Of a DNA stretch of 64,000 nt, positions 1-12,212 are shown in pieces. The notes below the pieces were generated by a model. The model ran no database searches. It had not been told where the DNA came from and saw only the letters and a list, made by a program, of their open reading frames with translations. The stretch comes from Octopus vulgaris (taxonomy: Eukaryota): contig OX597814.1 of NCBI GenBank assembly GCA_951406725.2, positions 49,972,001 to 50,036,000 of the forward strand, in the 5' to 3' direction. Within the stretch, counting starts at the first letter, position 1; every line of letters begins with the position of its first letter. A program made the position numbers and the translations under genes.

Positions 1-49
1 GCGGTTAAACAACAATAGCAACAACAACAAAATCAACAGCAGTAACAGT

Positions 50-240
50 GGAGGCGCAATGGCTCAGTGGTTAGGGCAGCGGACTCGCGGTCGTAAGAAC
101 GCGGTTTCGATTCCCAGACCAGGCATTGTGAGTGTTTATTGAGCAAAAACACCTAAGCTCCACAAGGCTCCGGTGGGGGTATGGGGGTGAACCCCGCTGT
201 ACTCTTACACCACAACTTTCTCTCATTCTTTTTTCCTATT
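50..240 (+). mobile_element. tRNA-derived SINE, 5' part (family C; resembles octopus OR-type SINEs)
   Basis: Head GGAGGCGCAATGGCTCAGTGG (A box) ... GGTTTCGATTCCC (B box) runs into a non-tRNA body; 3' boundary approximate. Confidence 0.7.
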
Positions 241-690
241 TCTGCCACAAAGCAGAGGAACCATGGTGTAACCCACTATGGCGTGGTAAACTTTCAGACC
301 CTAGTCTAGATTGCGAATCCTCTGTATCCCAGGATGTTTCAGCTCTCCACCCGTTAAAAGCCACTGTTTACAGAATGAGGATAACAACGTAGATTTCGCG
401 CCCGTGCAACCGCCAGTCTATCGCGTGTGGTGGATGGATCTTCAAGTTGCAACACGCATTCTTAGTAGCTTAGAGTAGGCTCGAATTAGAAATTATTCTT
501 TGTGGCTAATGGCGTGGGTCCTGATTGAAAGAAGAAGAAGAGAGCAGCAACAGTAACCACAACAAAAACAAAAAATATGTCAAAGCAGTTAATTTCAAAT
601 ATAATTAACTTATATTAATTAGATCAGTATTGTTTTTCCCATTCACTATTTTTACTAATATTTAAACATGTTCCCCAAAAGAATCTTTCT

Positions 691-920
691 TATTTCTGTA
701 TTGCCCACAAGGGGCTAAACATAGAGGGGACAAATACGGACAGACAAGGGGATTAAGTCGATTACATTGACCCAGTGCGTTACTGGTACTTAATTTATCG
801 ACCCCGAAAGGATGAAAGGCAAAGTCGACCTCGGCGGAATTTGAACTCAGAACGTAAAGACAGACGAAAAACTGCTAATCATTTCACCCGGCGTGCTAAC
901 GTTTCTGCTAGTTCGCCGCC
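691..920 (-). mobile_element. tRNA-derived SINE family A, full length with 16-bp TSD
   Basis: Minus strand GGCGGCGAACTAGCAGAAACG ... GAGTTCAAATTCC (B box) ... GCCTTTCATCCTTTCGGGGTCGATAAA; TSD CCAAAAGAATCTTTCT at 675-690 and 921-936. Confidence 0.9.
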
Positions 921-1327
921 CCAAAAGAATCTTTCTGATTAGATTATCACAGAAAAAAAAAAAAGATTAAGTTGAATGAATCAGCAACAAGAGAGGGAAG
1001 AAAATATTATATGGTGTAGGCGTTAGGTTGAAGTTAATAACATGAACATAAAAATATCGGGAGAAGATATTCCTACAACACGGGTGGCCGTTTAATTACT
1101 GATGTAACGTTACACAATATTTAAGGTACGGAACGAATTTCATATAAATGAATAATAGATAAAACTGATATTTTGAATTTCATAAATCTGCAGGTGTCTT
1201 TAATCAATAAAAAACATTTTCCCTTCACTTTCAATTGATGGATTGATTTTAGCTACCAAGCCATCGATGGAAATATATACGTGCTCATGTTCATGCGCGC
1301 ACACGCGCGCACACACACACACACACA

Positions 1328-1370
<43 letters not shown>

Positions 1371-1602
1371 TAATGCTTGTTTTTATGTTCAGTTATAATT
1401 AATCTGATGGGTTACTCTTCGCTTTTGTAGAGAATGTTGTTGAGGCCTGCTCAACGACGATGGCTTAGCTGTTCGACACTTCGAAGTCACTGTCAACAAC
1501 ATACTTATAATATCTATCTATCTATCTATAATATATATATATATATACATTTACATACACACACGTATACACACACAGACACATACACTCACAATATATA
1601 TA

Positions 1603-1655
<53 letters not shown>

Positions 1656-1672
1656 TATATATATATATATAC

Positions 1673-1728
<56 letters not shown>

Positions 1729-1729
1729 A

Positions 1730-2040
1730 GTTCAAATTTACAGAAAAGAAAAGACGAAGACAGGTGTAGGAACAACAAGTAGGTGTATTAGTTTAACGCT
1801 TGGGAAAAATGGAAAAGTCTTTAGCGTTTCGAGCCTACGCTCTTTGGCAGAAAGGAATAAGAGGAAAAATGGAGAGAGAATGAATAAAAACGGAGAAAGA
1901 AAAACTGTGTAGAGTTCAGCGGTCCAACCTGGCGAGATGACTGGGAAAGAAAGAGGCTGAATAAAAGAGAGATAATAATAAAAAGAGGTTGAATGAAAGG
2001 GGCATACCTATAAATACTTACATACGAGGAGAGAGATAGA
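1730..2040 (-). mobile_element. Penelope pLTR-like fragment with decayed minimal hammerhead (1819-1854)
   Basis: Reverse-complement similarity to 16790-16935 (GAGCGTAGGCTCGAAACG..AAAGAC, CTAATACA, CCTGTCTTCGTCTTTT). Confidence 0.55.
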
Positions 2041-2041
2041 G

Positions 2042-2131
2042 AGGTGAGAGAGAGAAAGAAAGAGAGACATATATAAATATATATATATATATATATTTAT
2101 ATATGTCTCTCTTTCTTTCTCTCTCTCACCT
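2042..2131. repeat. Perfect 90-bp palindrome centred on (TA)n
   Basis: AGGTGAGAGAGAGAAAGAAAGAGAGACATATATAAAT...ATTTATATATGTCTCTCTTTCTTTCTCTCTCTCACCT, symmetric about 2086/2087. Confidence 0.95.
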
Positions 2132-2359
2132 GAGCTTGTTAAACCTCTTTATATTCTCAACATACTGTTGTACTTTTTTATGTCCTTAACATGTCCCTGT
2201 TACCAAAGACTGTATATATATATGTAATGTAGCAATTTGCAACAACCAATAATTAACGCAACCAAGCTTCCACTTGTTACTTTTGACAATCTTTATCCAA
2301 AGAGTGAAACCGGTAAAGTAAATAAACATCTTTTAAATTGCATTTTCAAACCTTCTTTC

Positions 2360-2425
<66 letters not shown>

Positions 2426-2614
2426 CCTTCGTAGTGGCGAATATATGTACACACAAGCACACACACGCACAAACAAACAAACACGCACACACACATACAC
2501 ACACACATTTACATATATATATATGTACATATATACACCACTACGAAGTGAATATACATATATATATATATATAGGTTTATATGCATATATTTTCACACA
2601 CACACACACATATA

Positions 2615-2845
2615 TAAATTCACTTGTTTTTTTCCAAGGTATTTAATACTCTTAGGTTGGATTTTGGGGGTCTGCCAGATTTGCACGTCTCAAGTGTAAC
2701 CGGCCGAAACTGTAAGGATAATTTGGAAATTTGACTGATGAGAGAAGACTGCTAATGGCCCGTCCTTGCTTTTTCCTGTCCGTATTTATATCGTCTATCT
2801 GTCCACTTGTTTTATTGTCGTTTGTGTTTCAATTTTGGGATTTAT
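2615..2845 (+). mobile_element. 3' part of (TA)n-associated non-coding repeat (family D)
   Basis: Shares TCTCAAG..TAA.C.GCCGAAA.T...GAT.AT..GG...TTGACTGA.GA with the minus strand of 17100-17190. Confidence 0.5.
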
Positions 2846-3166
2846 ATATACATAGAGCGGCGTAGTACACTTTTGCTCACCTTATATACATATATTTATA
2901 TATTCATACATATGCATACATATCTATATGCGCTTATGCATTTGCATACATATGAATATGTGTATGCATTTGTGAGTGTATGAATGTGTGTGCGCGCGCG
3001 TAGGTTAGTTTACATATTTTACATATATGAAATCAGTAAAATATGTTTTCCTTAAGTTGGAAAAGGAAATAAGAGCTAGTACCAGAAAGGGCAAGGAAGG
3101 AAAATGGAAAATACGAAAGAAAAAGTGAAAGTATATGAAGTATATTTACACACACACACACACACA

Positions 3167-3229
<63 letters not shown>

Positions 3230-3234
3230 CATAT

Positions 3235-3285
<51 letters not shown>

Positions 3286-3299
3286 CAGAGGTAGATAGA

Positions 3300-3740
3300 T
3301 AGATTCGCTTCAGTATCTGTCTGTTTCGGACTGTCTGTGCATAGGGCCCACCCGGACTACTGCCTTTGCTGTGAACAGGAATCAATCTTCTCCCTTCATT
3401 ACTTTGCTCCTTACGGCCTGAAATCGCCACCTCTCTTCATCCAACACCAACTCCACACAGATTCCCATACACCTCTTACATTCAACTGTTCCTCTCTCCA
3501 CCCCACACCGCCTTAGTCGGTACTCCCACTACACACGCCACTATACATATACTCATACACATAGTTCAACTCAGTAATCACATCGCACACCATTACGCAC
3601 ACACACCTTCCCACTCCATACATACTGGCACCCAACAGCTCTCACTACCCACACCACATAACATTATCCACACATCTACATACACTCTTCCATATCTTCA
3701 CCACCACACCACTATAGGAACACACCTACATACTGTAAAT
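3300..3740 (+). mobile_element. Penelope-like element 3' remnant (GIY-YIG C-terminus followed by C/A-rich tract)
   Basis: Translates to ...CEQESIFSLHYFAPYGLKS, resembling the REQxxIxxLxTxxPxGLN end of Penelope GIY-YIG domains. Confidence 0.5.
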
Positions 3741-4161
3741 AAAAAATAATAGAATCTATTAAACAGGGATTAAGTTTAGGGAACCTAAATAGGGCGAGAT
3801 GGTATTTTTCTTTCCAAACGGATCATATTTCTCCAGAATATTTAGATTTCGTGATATCTCTTTTAATCCTGCATTGAGGTGTGGAAGGGGAATATTATAA
3901 AAATATATTATAAAAAATATATGAGCATTGTTAGATATGCAACTATATGCATGATAATACATACACAAAACATACAAATCTTCACACATGCATGCATACA
4001 TACATACATACATACATAGCTTATTGCTGATGTTGAACTTCTAATGAAGGCGTTTTGGATCTAGGTTAGAAACCGGCTCTTTCTCTATTGGCAAGAAATC
4101 TTGAAATATAACTGAATAATGACATACATACACACATACACATATATATATGTACTTATAT

Positions 4162-4462
4162 GAGAGGGAATCCTCTAAAAGTGAACTCCCTTACGCTAGC
4201 CATTTTTGGCCTCGTGTTAATATATGGCGTGCAGTTCGACAAATTATATTCTTGACAGACTCTACTGACGATCTGCAAATTAATTGTGTAAGTAAAATTG
4301 CATAATTTATTAACAGTGAAACAATTGTATAGGGTTAATCTATGTTTTTGTTATTTTTTCATTTGTCCTGCCCGCTTACGTTCATGGTGTGCTAAAAATT
4401 TTTCTTGAGAAGAAATTTTAGTGGCTAGCGTAAGGGAGTTCACTTTTGGAGGATTCCCTCTC
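4162..4462. mobile_element. 301-bp MITE with 41-bp TIRs (Sola-like ends)
   Basis: TIR GAGAGGGAATCCTCTAAAAGTGAACTCCCTTACGCTAGCCA (4162-4202) vs 4422-4462, one mismatch; ATAT on both flanks. Confidence 0.85.
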
Positions 4463-4585
4463 ATATATATATAAATAATATTTAGTGAATCTCAGTTTTT
4501 TATGCGCTAAGCCATTGGTGTTAAACTGATATTATTAAATTAATATACAGTTTTTCATCCTCATTTTGATTTATATATATATATG

Positions 4586-4735
<150 letters not shown>

Positions 4736-5140
4736 ACACAGTCACGCGTGTTTGTTTGTGTGCATTAATATCTTATTTCATTCGACGAAAGTCCTGTATT
4801 TTAGGAGGCGCCAAGTTGAATAATTTAGAGAGTTATTGCGTTTCTACTTCTCCGATCATTCGCCTGTGAAAAGAAAGTAAGTTCCATATCGTTCTGTTGC
4901 AAAATACAAAGCCTTTGCTTGGAAGCAAAGGAAAATAAAAATAAAAAAGATTCAAAATTACTTTCTTGTTACTTTTGAGTTCTCACTCGTAATAGTCTTC
5001 CTGTTGCGAGGTTAAACATTTTAAATGAGGACCGCTACCAACAGAGTTGTAAGTAAGGAAGGTGGATATTTATTTTCTCTTGAAATATTAATATAACTCA
5101 ATAGTTTTGTACATCATCTTCTTTCTTATGTAAGCCATAG

Positions 5141-5202
<62 letters not shown>

Positions 5203-6620
5203 ATGTAATATACGTGTGTTCATGCAAACACATATGTGTATGTGTGTATCTATTCGTATAAGGAAAATGTAAACATGCATGTATACATGTATTTATACAC
5301 AGAGGGAGAGAAAAACACACATGCATGTAAAGACCATCTGCATATATGTATGCTTGCGCGTACTTTTGTGAATGTGTTTTGTGTAAGACGAGTAGTTTAC
5401 AATGTTACCCAGCTAACATTTTAATTATAGAAACCCATGTAAAGCATGTACTTTGGTGTAACGAAATTTGTAAAGCAATCTTCTTTGGAACATAAGAGAT
5501 TCCGATCAATCCCGATTTACCGCTGTGCTTAACTTTGATTTTTGTTTGATGTATTTTCCAGGCTTGAAATTACAAATGCTGTTAATACGTGATTATTTTT
5601 TACTTTAAAAAAATATTCACATTTATGTCTGAAATTTGTCATTCCTTCGATATATTTAATAACTCCTGTAGCTGAGGAAGTTTCAGCGTTCATTGTGGCG
5701 AAAAGCTTTGCAATCCTCTTGTGTATGCGTATATATATATGTGTGTGTGTACGCGCATGTGTGTGTGTGTGTGTGTATTGTTGATGTCACAAGAATTTAT
5801 AAACTTCGAAAGGACGTGAAATAATTCCTTTTTGAAACGGTAGATCCCGAAGCAGTTACAGCTATAGATGATAGCGTGTCAATATTGGGCTTTAAAAAAC
5901 CTTTTGGCAGGAAAAAGAAACCGAACGCTGAATTTGAAACTCGAACTCCTCCTATAAACGTCGCATGCGTTCCATTCAAGTGCTTTTAAACCTAATATTT
6001 ACACGCTATTTTTATAGCTTCATCTGCTTCGAGAGTTAGCGTTCAATTATACACGCGCGCACACACACATACACACGCATATATATGTTCTAATTGTAGT
6101 AGTGAACACAGATCAACACGCCCTTGTATGTTGACAACATCTACGAAGAAAATATACTGAAGATACAACTAACGGCAAAGAAACTTTCCTTCACTTTACA
6201 ACGTATATGGGTTGTGAATTTTCATGTGAAATAATGGATCTTGAGTAAAATATGATAACGTTTAAATTTAGTCAAGTTACCTAGGAAAGTAATCTATGTT
6301 TTGTTTGGACATAACATCATAAAAATTAGGTATACGTACCAATCTTATAAATAGTACTGGTTGGTCTAAAGAGAAATAGTAATCAGTATTAACCAGAGTG
6401 TTACAGAGTTATTTATATATGATTATATTTCATCTCATTATTTGGTCATAATATTTGCTTTAACTTCATTGCTTTTAACATGTTTAGATGTGGGATTTGC
6501 TCAAGTTAGATGTCAAACCAAATGTGTTAAAAGGAATACTAAATAAACGCAAAGATAGCAAAATAATGAAGAAATTAGCGTGGCAGCTAACAGGTTTCCG
6601 TTTTATTCCTGTTGATCTTT

Positions 6621-6688
6621 TAGTGCCCTTGTTGATCGAGCAAAGCCATATATAGTGGATCCGAAACGAGTAGAGCTCGTCGGCACTA
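6621..6688 (+). ncRNA. Degenerate type I hammerhead ribozyme motif
   Basis: Stem I TAGTGCC/GGCACTA, GAAA, stem III ACGAG/CTCGT, GTC triplet; core reads CTTGTTGA and stem II is imperfect. Confidence 0.5.
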
Positions 6689-7384
6689 TTCCTGTTCTAG
6701 CGTGATAGAGGTATATCTAATTCGTCCTTCTGATTAACACCAGCCCTAAATCTACTCTGTTGTATGCATTTGGGTTAGTTTTGTGACCTGCGCATAGCTT
6801 CCTAACTTCTCTCTCTCACTTGACACGGACGTCTTGAAAAGGGCTATAAGTGCAGCGCTTCTTTGTGCAAGCTTTTAAATGCTCACATACACATACACAT
6901 ACACACTCACACACGTACACACAGACGCGCACATACACACACACGTATATACGTGTTTGTGTGTATGCTACTGGCAAAGCAGTACATTAACTATCATGGA
7001 ACTTACGAGGTGTGGCAGCTAGTGGTTCGGAGAGTGGGGTAGTAAATGCAAACTGGAGGAGACTGTGTTGAAGAAGCGGGTGGCGAGAATGGAGATGAGG
7101 TATACATTAACAGTACACAACGGGCCTCAGGTTTTTACCGGTTTATATTTATGCTAAATGGACTTTGGAATCACCTTGCACATCAAATAAGTTTTCCCTC
7201 TAACTGAAAATAGTTTCAGGATGGCAATTAATAGTCTAGAGTGTATTTTCCAACTACATACCATTAAGAATGTACATACTGTTTAGTAGCAAGTTTACAT
7301 CAACGAGATCAGTTACCGGATGGTTTAATTTATCCTTCATTAAAAAAGCATTACCAAAGGCCCCAATTTTATTGATTGCCGCCC

Positions 7385-7645
<261 letters not shown>

Positions 7646-7984
7646 TTTTTAAGAGGAAGAATGACAAAAAGAATTGCACAGAGCGATGTAGAACCGGAGA
7701 TATATTTATGTCCCTTTACTTAATGTGTTTGAAATACCGTTGTTATCGACTTCACCTTCCATATTTCGTTAGCCAATACAAATTTACAACATAGGAACAA
7801 GGTTACTAATATAGAGGCAAAGATAGACGATTATTTGGAACCCAGTGCTTGACTGCTACTTGTTTTTGTGGTAACCAGAAAATTAAAAGGCGAAATCGAT
7901 TACGTGAGGATTTCAAATTAGAAAGTAAAGGGACATAAATAAATACATTTCCTGGTTTATATTGCACTCTAGATAATATACATA

Positions 7985-9192
7985 TTAGGTTGTCAAATAC
8001 GAAATTTGTAGAAAAGACAAAAAGTTTGCTAATGTTATATAAATACAGGGAATAGTTTTACTCATCAACGTATGAACCCATATTGTCAATACACCGTTGC
8101 CATTTCAGCGGTAGCTTGTCCAGCCCGGAACTGTAAAAGCCTGGCAATCTAGAGTCAATACAAATCTTGGAAGGCCTCTCTTACAGCATCGTTGGAATTA
8201 ATTTTATTTTTCCACTCAAAACGTTATCCAAATTCTGGAAGAAGTGGTAGTCAGTGGGGGCAAGATTAGGTGAGTATGGTGGATGATGGAGAACTTCCAA
8301 CTCCAACTCCTGTAGTTTCGCCAATGTCATTTTTGCGATGAGTGGTCTGGCGTTGTCTTGCAATAAAATATAAGTGAATCTGTTGACTAATCTAGACTGT
8401 TTTTTGTAAGTTTCTGCATCATTTGGTCCATTTGGTTGCAGTATAATGGATCACACCTGCGTCAGACGACCAAACACACACCATCAGCTTCTTTTGATGA
8501 ATTTTGCACTTTGGACTCTGTTTTGGTGGCTCGTCTTTATTCAACCATTGTTCTGAACATTTACACTGGATCCATATCTCATCACAAGGTACAATTCGAT
8601 TCAAAAATGATTCATATTTGTGACTAGAAAGTAGCATAATACAGGCTTCCAAACGTTGTTGTTTGTGATTTTCATTGAGTTCATGTGGAACCCACTTATC
8701 CAACTTTTTCACTTTACCGATTTGAACTAGGTGTGTCAATATTGATTGCTAGCTAACACCAAACAACAACGATAATTCCTGAGCACTTTGAGAGGGATCT
8801 GGCTTTCAGTTCGTTATTATCCTTCTTTGTTTCTGGTCGACCGCGCTGCTAATTTGTGAGGTCAAAGTTACCAGGACGAAATTTTGCAAACCAATTTGAT
8901 ACTGTTTGTTGTGTAATAACATTAGTATGAAATACTCCATTAATATTCCGAGCTGTCTGTGATACTGTATTTCCAAGAAAGAACTCATATTTCAAAACTG
9001 TACGTATTTCCGACTTATCCATCAGAAGACGATTTATAAATACATTATAAAGCGCACAATGAGTTAGAATAAAGAAATAGATGTGTCAGCTTTCTAACAA
9101 AAAATATTGTCAAAATATTATAATGGCGCAAAATGAGCAGCTGTCAAAGTCTATCATATACCTTACTACAAGTTTAATACTCGACGACTTAA
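7985..9192 (-). mobile_element. Decayed near-full-length mariner transposon
   Basis: TIRs TTAGGTTGTCAAATACGAAATTTGTAG / CTACAAGTTTAATACTCGACGACTTAA, TA flanks; motifs WVPHEL, QDNARP, YSPNLAPTDYHFF in disrupted frames. Confidence 0.92.
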
Positions 9193-10130
9193 TATTTATA
9201 CAATACTGCTTTAATTATCTCTGCTTCCTCAATTATTTTGTTTCCACATAAATTTTATAGCTTGGAACTATTAATTTACCACAATTCAGTTAGGTTGATG
9301 TCAACATTGCTAAGGTATTTATCTCAGATGAATTAGTATGATTCTCATCACAATCTGCAACACTTCTTTTATTTATAAGGAAAACGTATTAAGTAAATAG
9401 GATGGTTTAATAGTTTAAGTTTAAAGTCGATTGTTACTCCCACTTCTGAGATGGTGCTGTTACTATAACAGCAGGCATCTTCGATCCTATCTGCTCCGAA
9501 AACTACCCAACTGATTGACATGAAGTTGCTTCAATGACCAGTCCACAATTGTTCTGCCTTCTCACATTGGCTATTTCAGTGACTTCGGTTACTTGCGGCT
9601 AGTTGTTCTCGTGTCAATCCTATTCAAACTTTTCCGATTCACTCGTATCGTTTCCATTCAGCGCGCATACTGTGTCCCCACTGCAGGTCTTGTATCAACC
9701 AATGTATCGAATAGTCTTCCACCATTTTACGTCTACTCTCAAGAATTTTCTCTCTGCCGATGTTTTTGTTTGCAGTAAACAACATAGAGCTTTTCAAAAG
9801 GAACATCAAGTGCACCCCATCACACACACACACTCTCTCTTTCCCTATCTTTCTTTCTCTCACCTCCCTTTCTGTCACAAATTTCATTGGCAATTTCTGA
9901 TGCCAGAGAGGATTGTTTTTGTTTGCTGTTGCATGTGTAATCAAATCTATTTTGGTTTTCATATATTTATGTTGTTTTATTTCGTAAGTGTAAGTAATAC
10001 GTTGCTGTGCTGTTTCGAATTTAATGATATTTGTTCCGCAAAATTTAGTTGATTTAGAATGGGCGGTAAACTTCAGTTGATTAAGAATCTCAGCAATTGT
10101 TTCAGACTCCCGTGAGACTCGACGTTTGAT

Positions 10131-10790
10131 TTGAGTCCTGATGGGAAGGTTTTCTTCTGCACCTTATTGATGAGAGGCGACAACATTGTTATATGTCGCA
10201 ATTGGGGAATTGATTTCATTTTCAGATTGCAGTACCTCCAATATGTATTTGATGAAGATGATGCATTGACAAATTTCTTTGCTGTTAAGTGTAGACCAAA
10301 CGTAGATTACAGCGATGATATTGTTTCCTCAGCAAACTTTGTCTCAGAAACCATCACTCTTCTATATGACCTCGAAAAAGTATTAGAAAATACGTATGGG
10401 TCTTCATGTCAACATCTCAAACACCAAGTGCATCTGATACAACCAAGAGAGCTAATAAGCACAAACAAACTAAGCATTTTCTTATGCTTAGCAACAAAGC
10501 ATTATTCACAGGAAAATATGTGAAAATGTCTCGCGAAAGCATGAGCTGTTTTGAAGTCCTCAGTAATGTTCTGTGGGTATCATGATCTTAAGAGAAGTTT
10601 TTTCCGTGCGAATTAGCAGTTCTGAATTTTTTACATAGCTTTCTGGTACTATTTGAGAAAAGTGCAAGCACTGCTGAAGTACTGAGCAAGGAATTGTTAG
10701 CAATACATTTCTATAGAAATCTAGGATACACTAATCGTCCATCCATTAAAAACCTTCTTTATTCAGATATTTAAGAACTACACATGTTGT
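10131..10790 (+). pseudogene. Degenerate non-LTR (RTE-like) reverse transcriptase fragment
   Basis: VDYSDDIV (YADD-like), followed after a frameshift by GLHVNISNTKC (GLxVNxxKTK-like). Confidence 0.5.
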
Positions 10791-10879
10791 GTTGTCTTGC
10801 TGGTATCTTGAACATTATGCAGGATCAATATGAGCAGTAAGATTGATTCTGGTAAATCCGATCCAGCTCGACCATACAC

Positions 10880-10893
10880 TATCTATCTGTCTG

Positions 10894-10989
<96 letters not shown>

Positions 10990-11180
10990 CCTACCTAACT
11001 ACCAATCCATCAATCTGTCTATCTGTCTGTCTATCTGTCCATCCGTCCGTCCGTCTGTCTATCTGTCTACCTGTCTATATATATATCTACTAACTAGCCA
11101 CTCTATACAAAACAACCATCGGTCCACCTACCTATTTACCTACCTATCTTCTCACCTACCTACCTACCTACCTACCTACT
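10880..11180. repeat. (TCTA)n/(CCTA)n tetranucleotide array
   Basis: Direct inspection. Confidence 0.9.
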
Positions 11181-11831
11181 TATCTGAATATTATTTCTGT
11201 AAGATGTATTTTATAATTTGCACTATCATATAGTCTTTTGGAAGTTCGTATTTTTTCTTGTTAAAAGAGTATTTTCGTTAAATAAGTATTTCTTTTTGAC
11301 CGTTGCCATTAACAAGTTTGGAACTGTGAAACAAAAAGTTTCAAAATCTCAGCATATTAGCGAACTATATAGATCTGAACTATGCACAACTTCGCAGTTT
11401 TAATCCAGAGATAGCAAAAGCTAAACACCTTCCATAATTATAGAGCTGAACTTTACCTATAACATAAATTTCATGTTATATAACTAGAGAAAGGAGGCTA
11501 ATTTAATTCATCTGTCAAAAAGCTGCTCCATCAAAAGCTAAAATAATTAGCTTAGAGACTAATCCACTACTGAAACGATGTGGCGTGTACGGTTAAATTA
11601 TGCAACGAACAACACAAGAAGGAAAGCAAAGTTCAAACAATTCTATTGCTTTTGACATGTTGGTGCAAGGGTAGACGAAAAGTGAGGTTAGAAACAGCAA
11701 TGTTTGTTATACAGAAATACAATGTGATACATAAACTCAAAATATTTATCCTTATAAAATTTTGAAACATCTAAGTAGATTAATAACGTCATTACTTAAA
11801 GGGACTTTATATTTTATAATATGCTTACATA

Positions 11832-11911
11832 ATACATGCATGCATGCATACATAATCCATCCATCCATCCATCCATCCATCCATCCATCCATCCATCCAT
11901 CCATCCATACA

Positions 11912-11945
<34 letters not shown>

Positions 11946-12090
11946 CATACATCCATACATACATACATAAATACATACATATATATATACATACGCATAT
12001 ATACGTATATACATGCATACATACATGCATACATACATGCATACATACATGCATACATACATGCATACATACATGCATACATACATACAT
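11832..12090. repeat. Compound (CATC)n/(CATA)n/(CATGCATACATA)n array
   Basis: Direct inspection. Confidence 0.9.
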
Positions 12091-12096
12091 ATATTA

Positions 12097-12212
12097 TATT
12101 TCTTTATTGCCCACAATGGGCTAGACATAGAAGAGACAAACAAAGACAGACGAAGGGATTAAGTCGATTACATCGACCCCAGTGCGTAACTGGTACTTAA
12201 TTTATCGACCCC
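12097..12212 (-). mobile_element. SINE family A, 3' half only
   Basis: Matches 691-805. Confidence 0.85.

Noticed and set aside
50-122. tRNA gene
   Set aside because: A and B boxes are present, but there is no proper acceptor stem or terminator and it continues into a SINE-like body
2290-2320. Hammerhead remnant GAAACCGGTAAAG
   Set aside because: Palindromic ACCGGT and GUA are present, but no recognisable CUGANGA box or stem II
4035-4082. CTAATGA...GAAACCGG as a hammerhead
   Set aside because: No stem II or stem I pairing; more likely a LINE 3' UTR within (CATA)n
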